A DNA stretch of 64,000 nucleotides from the human T2T-CHM13v2.0 reference genome, Homo sapiens, in assembly GCF_009914755.1 (NCBI RefSeq), contig NC_060925.1; one strand, given 5' to 3'. This document shows, in pieces, positions 28,381 to 47,268 of the stretch (position 1 is the first letter of the stretch; each line of letters starts with the position of its first letter). The position numbers and the translations under genes were made by a program. The notes beneath the pieces are model-generated. The model was not told the DNA's origin. It ran no database searches and was given only the letters and a program-made list of their open reading frames with translations.

Positions 28381-29830
28381 AAAGAACAAAGCTGGAGGCA
28401 TCACGCTACCTGACTTCAAACTATACTACAAGGCTACAGTAACCAAAACAGCATGGTACTGGTACCAAAACAAAGATATAGACCAATGGAACAGAACAGA
28501 GGCCTTAGAAATAACACCACACATCTACAACTATCTGATCTTTCACAAACCTGACAAAAACAAGAAATGGAGAAAGGATTCCCTATTTAATAAATGATGT
28601 TGGGAAAACTGTCTAGCCATATGTAGAAAGCTGAAACTGGATCCCTGCCTTACACCTTATACAAAAATTAATTCAAGATGGATTAAAGACTTAAATGTTA
28701 GACCTAAAACCATAAAAATCCTAGAAGAAAACTTAGGCAATACCATTCAGGACACAGGCATGGGCAAGGATTTCATGACTTAAACACAAAAGCAATGGCA
28801 ACAAAAGCCAAAATAGACAAATGGGATCTAATTAAACTCAAGAGCTTCCGCACAGCAAAAGAAACTACCATCAGAGCGAACAGGAAACCTACAGAATGGG
28901 GGAAAATTTTTGCAATCTACTCATCTGACAAAGGGCTAATATCCAGAATCTACAAATAACTTAAACACATTTACAAGAAAAAATCAAACAACCCCATCAA
29001 AAAGTGGGCAAAGGATATGAACAGACACTTCTCAAAAGAAGACATCTATGCAGCCAACAGACACATGACAAAATGCTCATCATCACTGGTCATCAGATAA
29101 ATGCAAATCAAAACCACAATGAGATACCATCTCACACCAGTTAGAATGGCGATCATTAAAAAGTCAGGAAATAACAGGTGCTGTAGAGGATGTGGAGAAA
29201 TAGGAATGCTCTTACACTGTTGATGGGAGTGTAAACTAGTTCAACCATTGTGGAAGACAGTGTGGCGATTCCTCAAGGATCTAGAACTAGAAATACCATT
29301 TGACCCAGCCATCCCATTACTAGGTATATATCCAAAGGATTATAAATCATGCTGCTATAAAGACACATGCACATGTATGTTTACTGTGGCACTATTCACA
29401 ATAGCAAAGACTTGGAACCAACCCAAATGTCCAGCAATGATAGACTGCATTAAGAAAATGTGGCACATACACACCATGGAATAGTATGCAGCCATAAAAA
29501 AGGATGAGTTCATGTCCTTTGTAGGGACATGGATGAAGCTGGAACCATCATTCTGAGCAAACTATCACAAGGACAGAAAACCAAACATCTCATTTTCTCA
29601 CTCATAGGTGGAAATTGAAGAATGAGAACACTTGGACACAGGGTGGGGAACATCACACACCGGGGACTGTCATGGGGTGAAGGGCAGGGGGAGGGATAGC
29701 ATTAGGAGAAATACCTAATGTAAATGACGAGTTAATGGGTGCAGCAAACCAACATGGCACATGTATACATATGTAACAAACCTGCACATTGTGCACATGT
29801 ACCCTAGAACTTAAAGTATAATAAAAAAAA
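28381..29830 (+). mobile_element. 5'-truncated L1PA (about PA5-7), ORF2 3' part plus 3' UTR
   Basis: Runs from aaagaacaaagctggaggcatcac to cctagaacttaaagtataataaaaaaaa; sits within older degenerate L1M-like sequence. Confidence 0.93.
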
Positions 29831-32800
29831 TTCTACTCAGTACCATTGTTTAAACATGAATTTTTAAAGCATTAATTCACTAACAGTATCCTTTTTTATT
29901 AGCACATAATAAAGAGAATAATCGTTAATGTGAAAAAAATTATTTACCAGAAGAGGAATTACTCCATACAACAGATAAAGAGTTCAGTTATATAGGTCAC
30001 TACATATTCAAAGAATGTCAAGATGACATTAACATACAAAAATAAAGTTCAAAGAAGAGTTGTGAAAGATTTAAAAAATATGAAAGAGCAAAAAAGAAAC
30101 TCTTTGATGAAAGCCATGTCAGAGCAATAAAAACTGATTAAATATAATTTAAAAATCAATGAAGGGATAGGAATATATAGAATAAATGAGTTCACACAAA
30201 ATGAAATGGAAAAGAGCAATCATGATGACATGGTTGTAGAAAAGATAATAAATACCATTCATCATCACAAATGACATTTAACATATGCAAACTTGTATGC
30301 CTGAAGAATTTAGAAAAATGGAACCAACCAATATTTGGTTATTATAAGGGGAGGTCTTTCTATAATCTTCAGATCAAAATAATCTTCTGATCAAAAGAGT
30401 ATTCCCCCAAAAACCTGATTCAGAACCTAATAGGTTTAAAGAACTTCAAAGATAAAGAACTGCATGGGTATATAGGCAGGAAAAAATTGTTACTTAAAAG
30501 TAGGAAAAACCAGGCTGGCTTCAGGCTTCTGAGTCACATCTACTTCAAGAAGCAGTAAGGCAATTCCTACAAGTTCATTATTTTATCACCATTCAGTCTC
30601 TCATTATCTCTCTAAAATCTACCTTTAGTCTTCTACACTGCGCTGAAGTTAGGATTCTCAAAGTTCAACAATGACTTCTTCATCAAAATATCCAATAGAT
30701 TATCGCTTTTTCTCAGTTCTCATTTTGACTTCTCTGTCTCTTTTGGCCCTGCTGATCAATTCCTTCTCAAAAGTCTCTTCTTTGGCTTTTTGATATTGCT
30801 TCTTTCATATTTTGATATCACTATTCTTTTCTCCTATCTCTCTGACTTCTCATCACATTTCTGCTTTTTCTTTCTATAACCAAAAAGCAAACATCCCCCT
30901 CATTTGACTGGTGACCCTATGCCACATTCCTCTCTTTGAAAATCTATCCAACTCTATAGTTTCAACTATAAAAGTCAATAGAAATACTCCCAAATCTATA
31001 TCCCCAGCCTTGACATCTCTTCTTTACTTCAGCTTCTTCAACTCTTCTAACAGCTTAATTACCAACAGTTCTTTAAATGTTTCATTTTTCTCTCCTAAAA
31101 TTGACTTTCCCTCGTAATTACAGTTTTTAATAATGATATCACCATTCTCTCAATCTGCAGGCTTAAAATTTGATAGTCATCTTTTATTCTTTTCCTTTTT
31201 GCTTGGTCCCTAGGTCCCATTAATTTCCTAGTTCTACCAAGTCTTCCTACAAAATCTCTTGAATCCTACTTTTCCTTTGCATTTTCACTGCTGCCAACCT
31301 AGATAATGTTCTAGTCCTTTAACACCAAGATGGTAACAGAAACTTCGTATCCTGGACACTGTTACCAGACCGATTTTCCAATTAATACCTCTGCTTAGAA
31401 ACCTACAAAATTCCCCTTTGAGAACAAGATAAAGTTAGAATGATCATTTGACAGTTAAGAATGCCCACAACCTGACACCATCAAGCTTGGATCTTTATCT
31501 GTCTGCTTTAGAGGAAGAAAACCTGGATTCAAATCCTGGCTCTATCATTTACCAACAATGTCATTGTGGGAAAGTAAATTAACTCTTTGGGCTTCAGTTT
31601 CTTCACCTGAAAAATGAGGATAACACTACAAACTTTACAAAGTTATTTTAAGATAATATATGTAAAGAGACTGGTAGAGCATCTTTCTCAAGGAACTCAA
31701 TAAATGATAGCTATTATGCTATCATAAAAAAAACTCACCTACTCCTCTCACCTGTCAAAATCTTACCCATTCTTAGAGCCTAGGTCATAACTAACTTTGT
31801 CCACAAGATCTTATTCTGAATAGCTCAGCTTTAAGTGACCTTTCATAGAGACTCCATCAAAAAATACAATTTTTTAACCTTTGAACATCTCTAGCCCATA
31901 CACTTACTTTGCATCTCTCTGCAGCATTTATCCTACTTTACTACAAGATATATTAAATAGTTATAAATGTACTTCCTTTATCTTCATTATGAAATATAAG
32001 ATTTTTCTGAGCAATTACTGAGTTATACATACTTTGTGTTCCTGCTTTGCTTATAGCAGAGACTAAGTAAATATCTGCTGAATATTACTGCTTCACCTGC
32101 CAATACTGAATGACTATTTTTGAATTTACAGAAGAGATTAATGCTCATCTGATCAGACTGACTTTTTCTGAAGAAAGTAAATGGCTTCCATAACTATTTG
32201 CTTAATATTATATGTCCAGTGATTCAATTTTATGACCAATATGTTGATAATTAATTGTCATAGTTGAAGAGTTTATTTCTCTATAATAGTATAGTCTTCA
32301 TATTTTATTTTTAAATGTCTAAACATTTACTCTAGCAAGAGTGACTCAATACCTATCAAATCACTTCTAGGAATAACCACAAAGGAAACACAAGCTAAAA
32401 GACTGGCTTCACCTTCTCCCATTCTATGATTTCTAGAGCTAAGCCAAAGACTCAAATTTTATTTTCATTAAATAAATACTTTAAGATATATTTTAATCTA
32501 CTTGAAATTTTGAAAAAAAATAATTTCTAAAGACATAAAGGTAAATTTAAGTATACAAATATGAAGCATAAAAAGAATATTTCCAACACTGTGATTTTAA
32601 ATGACTTTAAGTGGTTTTTAAATGATTTTAGAAATTTTTAAATGTTGATCTCTAATTCCCACCTATACAACAAAAGAAATTCAGGGCTGAAAAGTTCAGT
32701 TTATTATCTCACAGTTTTGTTTACATGATATTAAACAAGTGCCTTGGTTGTTTTTTTTCCCCTCACTGAATTGACTGATAACTGGTTCTTTTTGTGTTAG

Positions 32801-33371
32801 GCAAGGGGAGCTTTAATTAACCCATAAACATAAATTGACCATATCACTAAAGACAGTCAACGATTCATTACACAATAATCTCTATCTAAAGTAAGTTTTA
32901 CACTCTATTTTAATCCATTTGATGCTATTTTGCTGTAAGAATATTTAATGGATGTATTTAATGTATTTTTCTTTAATCTACCATATCTTTTATATACTTC
33001 TCTTAACATGACTATGCATTCTCCTATGGTTTTCAAAATATAAATATATTATCTATATTTAGCAGTTGAAATCCTGATTGAATTTCAACTGAACAAGAAA
33101 AACAAATAGTTTGCCCACTACTTCACCAGAATTAAGTCACCTTTCAGCCTACCAGATGAAGAACAAAAGCACGATATTTGAGCCAGGGTTACATTCTGGC
33201 AGATATGTTACAGCAACCATAAATTCATTTACTGTGCCAGAATGCATTTCCATGACAGACTTTATCTGTTATGTATTGTTTGGTCCAGAGAACTCTCTTT
33301 AAAATGTATTTTAAAGAGAGTTTAAAATGTAAGTTAGCATATTAGGAGATATTAAAAAAAAAAAAACTTAC

Positions 33372-34741
33372 GGGAGGTCCAGTGTCTCCTTTTGGCCCTC
33401 TCAGATACTCCATTTCAAGCATTGTATTTAGATCCTCATAATAATAATAATCATAAAGCTCAGTTTCATAGCTATTTTCGATGGGATAAGTAGCATCAGG
33501 ATAAAATTCACCTTCTTTCCTTAGATCAAGGTGATTATCCACAGATGGCTCATTTGTCACTCTATGCAAGCTTGTGTTTAAAATTGGTTGCATTTCCATG
33601 AGTTCGTTAGTGTGTAGATTTGCTGTGATAGCCTTCTTGAGATTAGTAATTGTATCTTGTTTAATTTGTGGAAGAATAGATGGCATCTTCTTAAACAGTG
33701 ACAGACCAGTTACTCTATCATCATGTTGTGTGATATTGTCAGACATGTTTAGGAGAGAACTAAATTTCTCTTTGGTATTCATTTTTGCCTCACTGATGCG
33801 ATGAGTGGTCACTGACAGGCTGAAATTTGTCTGAGTATCTTCCTCAGTGATCATTTCTTTGGCCTGAATCCCATGGTTTGTGAGATCCACAGCAGAGACA
33901 TTTCCTGACTGAAGAGAAGATAACTGAGATCTTGATATCTGGTGTTCTTGTCTTTTATACACGGTTTCAGAATCATTTTTTATGATATTTGGAATGCTTT
34001 TGCCTTCAGTAAATGTATCCTCTGACAGTACTTTTTCAGCAAATAGTTTGGGCGGGGGAGAGTGTTCCGGTATCTTTGTTGGTATGAGAGTTGTACAAGG
34101 AATGCTTGTTTCAGGTTGGTATTTGTCTGCTTGGCGACACTGCTGTTTCACATATCTGCAGTAGTCTGCAGATGCTTCTGCAGAAGGAATAATATCTAAC
34201 TGACATACTATTCCTTCAAAATGGATAGAATTATTATTCATACTTCCTAAAGTAAACACACTATTAGAATCAAAGGTCTGAACTTCTGGAATAGTCTCTG
34301 TGCTAAAATATTTCTTTCCACACTCAACAAACATTGAGACACTTTGGTTTCTAATAGTAATGGCAAATGAGTGCCATTGCTCATCATGAACACTGTAGTT
34401 GAAAACTGCAGGCTGCTTTCCTCTAATGTGTACTACTAATTTTTTAGGTAGTAATTGTACTCCTAATTGCAGTCTATTTTTATTTCTAATGCTGAAGAGA
34501 AATGCATTGTTCACCCGATGTGACTGTAACCCAGTTAATATTGTAAACGGCTGCCCCAAGTTGACTGGTAAAATTTTCACGAAAGGTGTCTCGATATAAG
34601 CATCATTTTTAAAAATGACTCCTGATTCTGTTAAATGGACCCCCTGAGGTAACGGTGTAGATGCTGATGGTACAGCAGTCACTGGTGATGAGTGTCTTAC
34701 GTCTTTGCCTCCAAGGCCTAGTTGATGAAGAATATCTATGC
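33372..34741 (-). CDS. COL24A1: Collagen XXIV alpha-1, exon 3 (TSPN/LamG-like N-propeptide, variable region, first Gly-X-Y)
   Basis: Overlaps the 446-aa ORF 33342-34682. Acceptor tttccag|GC ATA GAT ATT and donor CCT CCC|gtaagt. Cys spacing is typical of collagen V/XI-type TSPN domains. Ends with an acidic Tyr cluster followed by RGPKGDTGPP. Length 1370 bp. Confidence 0.97.
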
Positions 34742-34989
34742 CTGGAAATTTAAAAAAGAGAGAGAGAAAGAATCTTAATTTTATGGATTCAAGTGTTCAT
34801 ATAAATGTTTGAATATGATAAAAATCTTCCTTGTAGCAACAGTAGTTTCTAAAATAAGCATGTTCTATCAATAACTAATTATGGGTAATAAGAAATAGGG
34901 AGGGGGAGAGTAAGACATTATACTCAATAATTTGAATAAAGTACATGCCCCTCCCCCTACACACACACCAATCTCTAAACCCAAAACTT

Positions 34990-35285
<296 letters not shown>

Positions 35286-37249
35286 CTCCAAAATTTAATT
35301 AGTTTATCTCTCTTGTTTTCCATTTTACTGATTCTTATTTGTCACTTCAATGAATATACATGTTCAAAGATTCCCAGATCCCATTTGTTTCTTTGATTTA
35401 GAACTTAAAATTTAATGAAATCTGTGTTAAAGTGAAAGTGGAGTCATACTTCCAAAGATAATTGTGATTTGGAAAACATTTTATAAATTAGGTTCACACG
35501 ATCCCTTAAAGTATAATTTTTCAGGCTGTTTTTCCTTCTAACCTTCTGGGAATTTACAAGTTGCATGGAAGCTTTCCCAATGCCTACTACCTTAAGTGTG
35601 TGCTACGCTTAAAGTATTCTGGTTACCAAAGTCCTTTGATAATTCCTGGACAAAAGAATTTAAATTCATTTTATTGGTGATCACTCTGGTTTTTCTGTCC
35701 CTTCCAAGCTTCTCTTTCTTCCACTTTTCCAGTCCTCCAGAGTAACTTTTATCCAACTTTTAGACTCTTTCAATATCTATTATGTAATACGCATTTTATA
35801 TAATATGGATTTGATATAATTGTGGATTTCTCTGATTTATTATTCATCGTAATATTACCAATAGTATATTGTTTGTCTCCTTTACCCAATTAAAAGCTTC
35901 TGGAAAACTGGATATGTCTGATTCATTATTGGATCTCTTCAGCACCTTCCTTGCAAATAGTTCTATAATTTCAGAATGAATGAATTTGTCCCACAGCAAT
36001 CTGACCAGGTCTCATATTCACCTCTGGAGTCATATAAATTTAAATATCACTTAAAAAGAATGACAAATTCTGTCTTTAAAATACAGAACAGCATAGTCAG
36101 CTGCATGATCTTTATTATTCTTTGGGTTATAAATTTCCCATCTGTATCTTTGTATAAATATAATCATCTCCAACCAGAAATGTTACAGAATTGTGATAAG
36201 TGAAAAAAATAAGTCTTTGAAGATTAGCCAGGAACGTTTGGCATCACCTTACTTTTTCCTTTTGTAGGAAATTAGTAGATATTTGATAATGCATGCTTAT
36301 TACAAATAGCAAAAGATAGGAGAGAATCTTATTTCCCAAGTCTCACAACTGTGTACAACAATGAAATAATTACTGAATGCCATTCCTGTGTAATCTAGCA
36401 ATGCAATTAAAATGTTTTTTAACAGAGATCTTCACAAAACACTCAAGTGTTTTATTTTAAGGTTAGAACAACCATCATTTTATCAATAAAATAGTTGTAA
36501 TTTCATGACATTTTTAAAGGATAGCAATATTTGTATCTATGATATTGTATGACAAACTTTTCCACCAAAATATTCCTAACACCAGTGTAGAATTATATGC
36601 ACCTCCAGGAATTTAGGGACATATTTCAAAGAGGCCCCACATAATCAACAAAAAAATACCTTTGACTTCTTATGTTTTATCATCATAATTCACACAAAAT
36701 TTAAACTTTAATCCATAATATGGCTGGTTGTTTCAATATACAATATAAATTACTTATGAGCTAAATCAGCTAATTGTACTCATCCCCAATCTTCAGTGAA
36801 AATTTACACTGCCGAAACTAGCTATGTTAGTCTGTGACATTGGATATCCTCACCCAGGTTTACCTAACTCTAAAGGTATGCCTAGCTCAATCTGAGAAGT
36901 AAACTATGGAAGGAACCCTGCTTCTGTGGAAATCACAATGCTTAAATTTAAAGTATATATGATCATAAAGTATCTGAAAGCTATAATTCTGAGATACCAA
37001 ATAAGCTACATATGTAAAAAATAATCATACATGTGGTATATCAAGGGCTGCACGCTGCCCCAAGAACATCTCCCCTTGCATTTATTAAGAACCCCTGCCA
37101 TCTAGTGCTTCGAATTTCTGACCCTATTATACAGAAATATCACTGGGAGGAGTATTATTTGAAAACTTTAAAAAGCATATGTGTGTTTTCAATGTTTCTT
37201 TATATGTATATTAATATGCTTCCTCCAATTCTATTTTTAGTGGAGCTTT

Positions 37250-39880
37250 GATGACAAATAGCTGTTTTTTAAAAATCAAATGTGTTTGAACACTTATTAC
37301 TGAATAAATTTCCTGTTATTGAACCATGATTGCATCCCTAAAATAAAATCTTATTAGTTTTACGTTATTCTTTTGGTATCTCACTGGATTATTGACTAAT
37401 AGTTTTATGTAGAATCACTACATCAATATGTATGAGTTGACTGGTCAGTGTTTTTCTCTTATTGTCCTATATTTATCAGACAATAAAATTGAAATTTCAT
37501 TATTTTCTATAGCCTAAAACAATTTCAGTAACCTTTGAAATTACATTTTTTCCCAAAAAGTTACAAAAACTCACCTATAAACCAAATTGATCATGTTGGC
37601 TCTTTCATTGATAGTGCTTCATTCACTTTCCTAATCTCTTCTATGTTAATTGATTTAGTCTAATTTTCCACTGCACCTTGAGACAATTTTAGAAATTTAT
37701 ATTTTTCTATGAAATAATAAATTTCCTCTAGGCTTTTACATGTATTACCCAGAAATCTTCACATAATAATCCCTTACAATTATTTTTGTTTTCCTATGTC
37801 TGTGGCCCTCTGTCTCATTTCTCTAATTTTGGTTATTTTGCTTTATTTATTCTTAAGTCTGTCATTATTGGTCATTTCAAATGTATACAGCCTTCAGATT
37901 TATTTATCTACTATTTTTGTTCATTTTCTCTATCATTAATTTTAGAATTTATCTTTATTAATTATCTCTTCCCATTTTTTTTTGTTTTACTCTTTTGCTA
38001 ATCTCTGAAGATGAATAATTAGTCCTTTATTTTTCTTTTCTTGCTTGATAATGAAGGCATTTAAGTTATACATTTTCCTGAGTGCTGCTTTAGCTGCATC
38101 CCATAGATTTTGATATGTAGCATTTTCATTTTTGTTGTTTTCTGGAAAGTATTTTTATTTGTATTTTCTCTTTGACCCAAGTGGTTTAAGAAAAAAGTTT
38201 TAAATTTTCAGTTAGGAAGGTCTTTTTGTTTTCTGATTTTGTTATTAAAATCTAACTTAATAGTATTATGATCAGAGAATGGTGTCTAATCAGCACTTTC
38301 TTTTTCAAAACTCAATTAGCCTCATAAGTGGTCAATTTTCAATAACATTTCATAAGCACTCGGAAAGGTGTTTGAAGGTACAAAATTTAATACATACCAG
38401 TTAGTTGTACCTCACTGTTTATGTTATTTATATCCTCTATATTCTTGTTTATTTTTGTACAATTAATCTGCCATCAACTGAGAGATAAAGTATCTTACCA
38501 GTAGTGTGTCTATTTGGCCTTTTCTCTCTTGTGGTCTTTGCTTTATGAATATTGATGTCATGGTTTTTATGCATAGATAATCATGCAGTTCACATATTTA
38601 TTGAGTACTGCACCTTTCAGAATTACAAAAAGACCTTCTATGTCTAGTTTATTGGGTTTTATATTTTTGGCATTACCTTAACTGGTAGTAAGACTAAGCT
38701 TCCCTCATCTGACTTTCTTTTTGTTTACATTTGTCTGATATACCTTTGCCTTTGTTTTTGTTTTCATCTACTGTGAAACACTATGTTTTAGGTAAAGACA
38801 AAGGGATTGTATTTGTTTTTTGATCCAGTCTGAATTGTTTTCTTTGAATGTATAAACTAAATCTATCTACATTTGCTAATATTATGGTTTGTTTAATCTG
38901 TTGTATTATTTTATGTTTTACCACTTTAATTTTTTGAAGTCTTTCACTATGTAGTTTGTTTCCTTTGCTTTGCTTTGTGTATGCCTTTTGAGATTTAGAA
39001 GGGTTTGTATTTTTATTCTAAGGGTTTCCTTTAAAATTTTAAATGTATATAATGCCCCCAGTCCTTTCATTACACATATCTATTAATTCTTTCCTTTACA
39101 CAATGTTTTATTTTCCTCCCTTTAACCCTTTCCCATACCTTCTAATATTAGTCTATAGGAGTATCTTTCATAGTGTTTATCTTTTCATTCTTAAACATCC
39201 TTATATTTCTTTCATCTAATTTACCAACTGTAAAATATTTAATTCCCAGCTTCTTCAGATAAGGCAATCAGCAAAGTTAATCTACTCTTCCTATTCTTCC
39301 TCTCTTCTCCTACCATTTTTCTGTAATTGTACCATTCCTACATTGTTAGTTTGTATGGCATTTATATTTTTCTTTTTCCCACATTTTCTTTTGACAAATA
39401 GAGCCAGACTTTTGTAGTAGCTTCCCCAATCACTTCTCTTTGGCTGAAGTTTATCCTCTATTAGTTTCCTCAAGAAGGTTTACGGGAACAACATTTCCCG
39501 AGTGTTGGACTTTTCAGAATTGATTTTTTGTAGCCTTGTACCTTAAATTTCATGGGATATAAAATTCTTTCATGATACTTTATTTCCTTGAATATCTTGC
39601 AGCTGCTGTTCCATGGTTCTCAGGTAGTCTTTCTAAATCTGAAGTCAGCTAAATATTTTTCTCCTTACAAGTGACTCCGTAGTTATCAACATTCTTCAAG
39701 AGTTGTTCTTTATCTTTGAAATGCAGGAATTTTATAAGAATATGGCACCATATTGACCATTCTTGATAAATGTTTCCAGGTGCATAGTATGATCATTCAT
39801 TGCACAGGTTCAAATTTTTTTTATTTACTTCAGCAAACTTTTAATGAATTGTATCCTTGAATATTGGTTCTATTTCATAG
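37250..39880 (-). mobile_element. Old L1M relic (appears to continue at ~43950-45050)
   Basis: T-rich degenerate similarity to antisense L1 ORF2/ORF1 (e.g. tgctttagctgcatcccatagattttgatatgt). Confidence 0.65.
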
Positions 39881-39892
39881 TTTTGGTTTTCT

Positions 39893-43950
<4,058 letters not shown>

Positions 43951-46664
43951 TTACGATTTTCTTCTTTAAAAATTCGTATTATGAGTATATTGAATCATTG
44001 TTGTCTTCTATATGTCTCATATATCATTTCTCTATAATCCTTTTTATTATGTTCTTTAAATTCATTTTTGTTTGTTTGATTTTCTTATTTGTCTTTACTG
44101 TTTCCTACAAAGTATAACTTCCCTTTGTGCTCCTTCCCATTTCATCTTGATTTATGAGGTAATTTTTGTATGACTTCTTTACTGACTTCTACAAGCTCAC
44201 AATTCATATCCTTTTAATATATTGCCTTCTTTTACTTTTCCCTGAGTTCTTTCATTTCTGCCTTAGTATCTTTCTTTGTATAGGTGATAAGGGGGACATA
44301 TTTGGTCAGAATATTTGTCAGTTTAACAGCAACATTTTTTTTTGTGTACATTCTGATTTTTGCTGCTTTTCCTTACATGTTTCCTTATTGTATATTTCTA
44401 CTTGTGCTGTGCCAACTCCTTTTGCTCATTAATTCCTAGCCTAGCAACTTATAGAAAGATGCTGGCAGAAGAAGAGGATGGGCTGTGACTTCCAAGTCTC
44501 AAAACCCAAAGGCTCTGCTCCGGTACTACCAGTTTCATTCTAAATGGCTTCTAGCCCCACCTTCTTCTCTAAACCAAATCTAGTCCAGGAGGACTTCTGC
44601 AGCCAGCTCTATATACAACCCTTCATTCTCTTTCCTCCATATCCACTCACATTGGTATATGCTTCAGAATGAATCCTTCATCTCAGTGAGTAGATTTTTG
44701 CATTTTCTGAGATCTGTCCCCACTCATCCATTTTAGCTATTATCTGTGCTTATTTATTATACTTTCCCCTTGGCAGCTTCTGCCTTCCCCAGACCCTGTA
44801 GCACTTGTGTACAAGGGCTAAATGTATATTTTGGGGTGTGTTTCTCACCTTCAGGAAGTCTGGTTTTGCTGGTGCTTTCTGAAGTCTCACTATTGACCTT
44901 ATTCCATATGGCATCTGCTTTTCTGAGCACATTTTGGGGATTTGCAGATTATATTAGTCCCCTAAGTTTTGCTGAAAGTGATTTTTAAGTTTATTATTTC
45001 ATTCATTTTTTTCTATTGTATGATATCCAAGGCCAAAAATGGGAAGATAATATCTCTTGGTTTCAACTTTATACTTAAAGTCTACACCCATTTCACAAAT
45101 GAAAAATCTCTGAAGCACAGAGAGATTAAATAACTTGGTAAAGGTCACACAGCTGATAAATGGTTGCGATGCATTTGAGCCCAATCAATATGGCTTTAAG
45201 GTCTCTGACTGCTCCACCACACGACCTCTCAGCCATTATATTCCCCACACCACTCCACATATCCCTTGGCAAATCTCACTAATTAATCATGGCAGTATTA
45301 CTTTTACCCCACAGAAATCTCAGTGGGGAATACTCTCTAGATAGCCACCAAAATTGGTACCTGAAGTGAAATCATCAAATTGTCATCCTAATTTTAAGCT
45401 TTCTTACCTGAGTATGAATACACTTAGCAAATGTGTTTGAGCAAGATCTTAAGAGAAGAGAGATTAAAGAACACTTAAGGGTAGAAGGCACATATGACTG
45501 GAGCTGAGGAGAACTGGAGACAAAAAAAAATGGGGGTGGGCAAGAGAAGAAGAAGAAAGGCTTTCACTCAGAGGTCAGACTCTTTAACATGTAATTTATA
45601 CCTGGACTTGGATATCACCAAATTACAATTAGGGGTTGAATTTAGATATTTCGTACCAATGTTTACAAGAAATAACTAAGTTGCCAGAAGTAAATTGCTT
45701 GTTTTGTGAGTGGCCCTATATAAAAAATCAATCCAGTTCATGTCACTTGGAAAATCAGTTACCATTTAAAGAATATTAATGATCAACCCAGCACTATATT
45801 AGGTGCTTTACATTTTTAAAAAATAAGAATTATAGCAGCATGTATTAAATTTCCATGTACCAAGCACTATTCTAAGAACTTTAATATTTTAAGTCACATA
45901 ATTTGCATAACAACTGTATGAAGTAGGCACTGTTGTTATCTACATGTGAGAGTTAGGAAAAGTAAGTCATAGAAAAGTTAAATTATTTGCCCAAGCTTAC
46001 CCAGCTAGGGAGTGCAGAGGCAGAATTTGCATGCAGGTCATCTAAGGCCAACTTCTTAACATGGTGAAATTTAGGAAAGGTTTGTGTTAAGTAACAGCAG
46101 AACTGACTGTATCTCCTTCCTTTATTTGCTTCTGAAGTGTAAAATAAATGGTGGTGTCACCAAGACAACGACTTGTTCTTTTTTCTATAAATACCAGGCC
46201 TAATGACTTCATCCAAACCATGGCTGCAACAACCACATATGCTGACTCACAAACCTCTCTTCTGGGCTTGCATATCCAATTGTCTATTGAATTTATCCAA
46301 TAGAAATGAGATGTTTCAAAAGCATTTCCACTTCAATGTATTTTCCCCAAACCTCATTTTTCTTACTTGAGTGCTTCTCTCAGTGAAGAGTCTCACAACC
46401 ACACAAGCAGGCAGAACAATCTTTTCATAGTGTAAAGTAGATTATGCCAGTCTTCTGACCAAAATCCTCCAATGGCTTTCCATGGTATAAGACACCTATG
46501 CCATTTATTCTCTTCTTATCTCTCTGATCACATCTCCTATCATTTTATCTTACCTAATTTTGCTCCAGCCAAACTAGTATTTTCCTTCATTCTTAAACCC
46601 ACCCAACTAATTTTAAACTCATGGCATTTGTACTTACTGTTCTTTCTTGGGACGCTTTAAACCC

Positions 46665-46905
46665 GTGTATTGATTTTAATCTGTATCCTTAACTGTGAAT
46701 ATATTGATTTTAATCTGTATCCTTGTATTGATTTTAATCTGTATTCTTAACTGTGAATATAACACTTCAGTGAACTCTCTGAGTATAATGAATTTTGGTA
46801 AGTTCTGTGAGTCCTTCTAAAGTATTACTGAGGCTGAGAGTAGTCTTGGGGACCCCTTAACTTGAAGCTAGTGTCAGAAGTAAGGGTGGTCTTTGGGACA
46901 GCTCT
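46665..46905 (+). mobile_element. MER21-like LTR fragment with local tandem triplication
   Basis: ctgtgagtccttcta...gtcttggggaccc...gtgtcagaagt resembles 9490-9610; three copies of tattgattttaatctgtat at 46668-46745. Confidence 0.55.
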
Positions 46906-46922
46906 CTAACTTTATACTACCC

Positions 46923-47268
46923 TGATATGGTTTGGCTGTGTCCTCACCCAAATCTCATCTTGAATTCCCACATGTTGTGGGAGGGACCTGGTGGGAGGTG
47001 ATTGAACCAGGTCTTTCCCATGTTTTTCTCGCAATAGTGAATGGGTTTCACTAGATCTGATGGTTTTTTAAGGGGGAGTTTCCCTGCACAGGCTCTCTCT
47101 TTGCCTGCTGCCATCGAGGTAAGATGTGACTTGCTCCTCCTGGCCTTCCACCATGATTGTGAGGCCTCCCTAGCTATATGGAACTGTAAGTCCACTAAAC
47201 CTCTTTCTTTTGTAAATTGCCCAGTCTTGAGTATGTCTTTATCAGCAGCATGAAAACAGATTAAGACA
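46923..47268 (+). mobile_element. THE1 (B/C-like) solo LTR
   Basis: tgatatggtttggctgtgtcc...attaagaca, with 5-bp TSD TACCC at 46918-46922 and 47269-47273. Confidence 0.93.
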
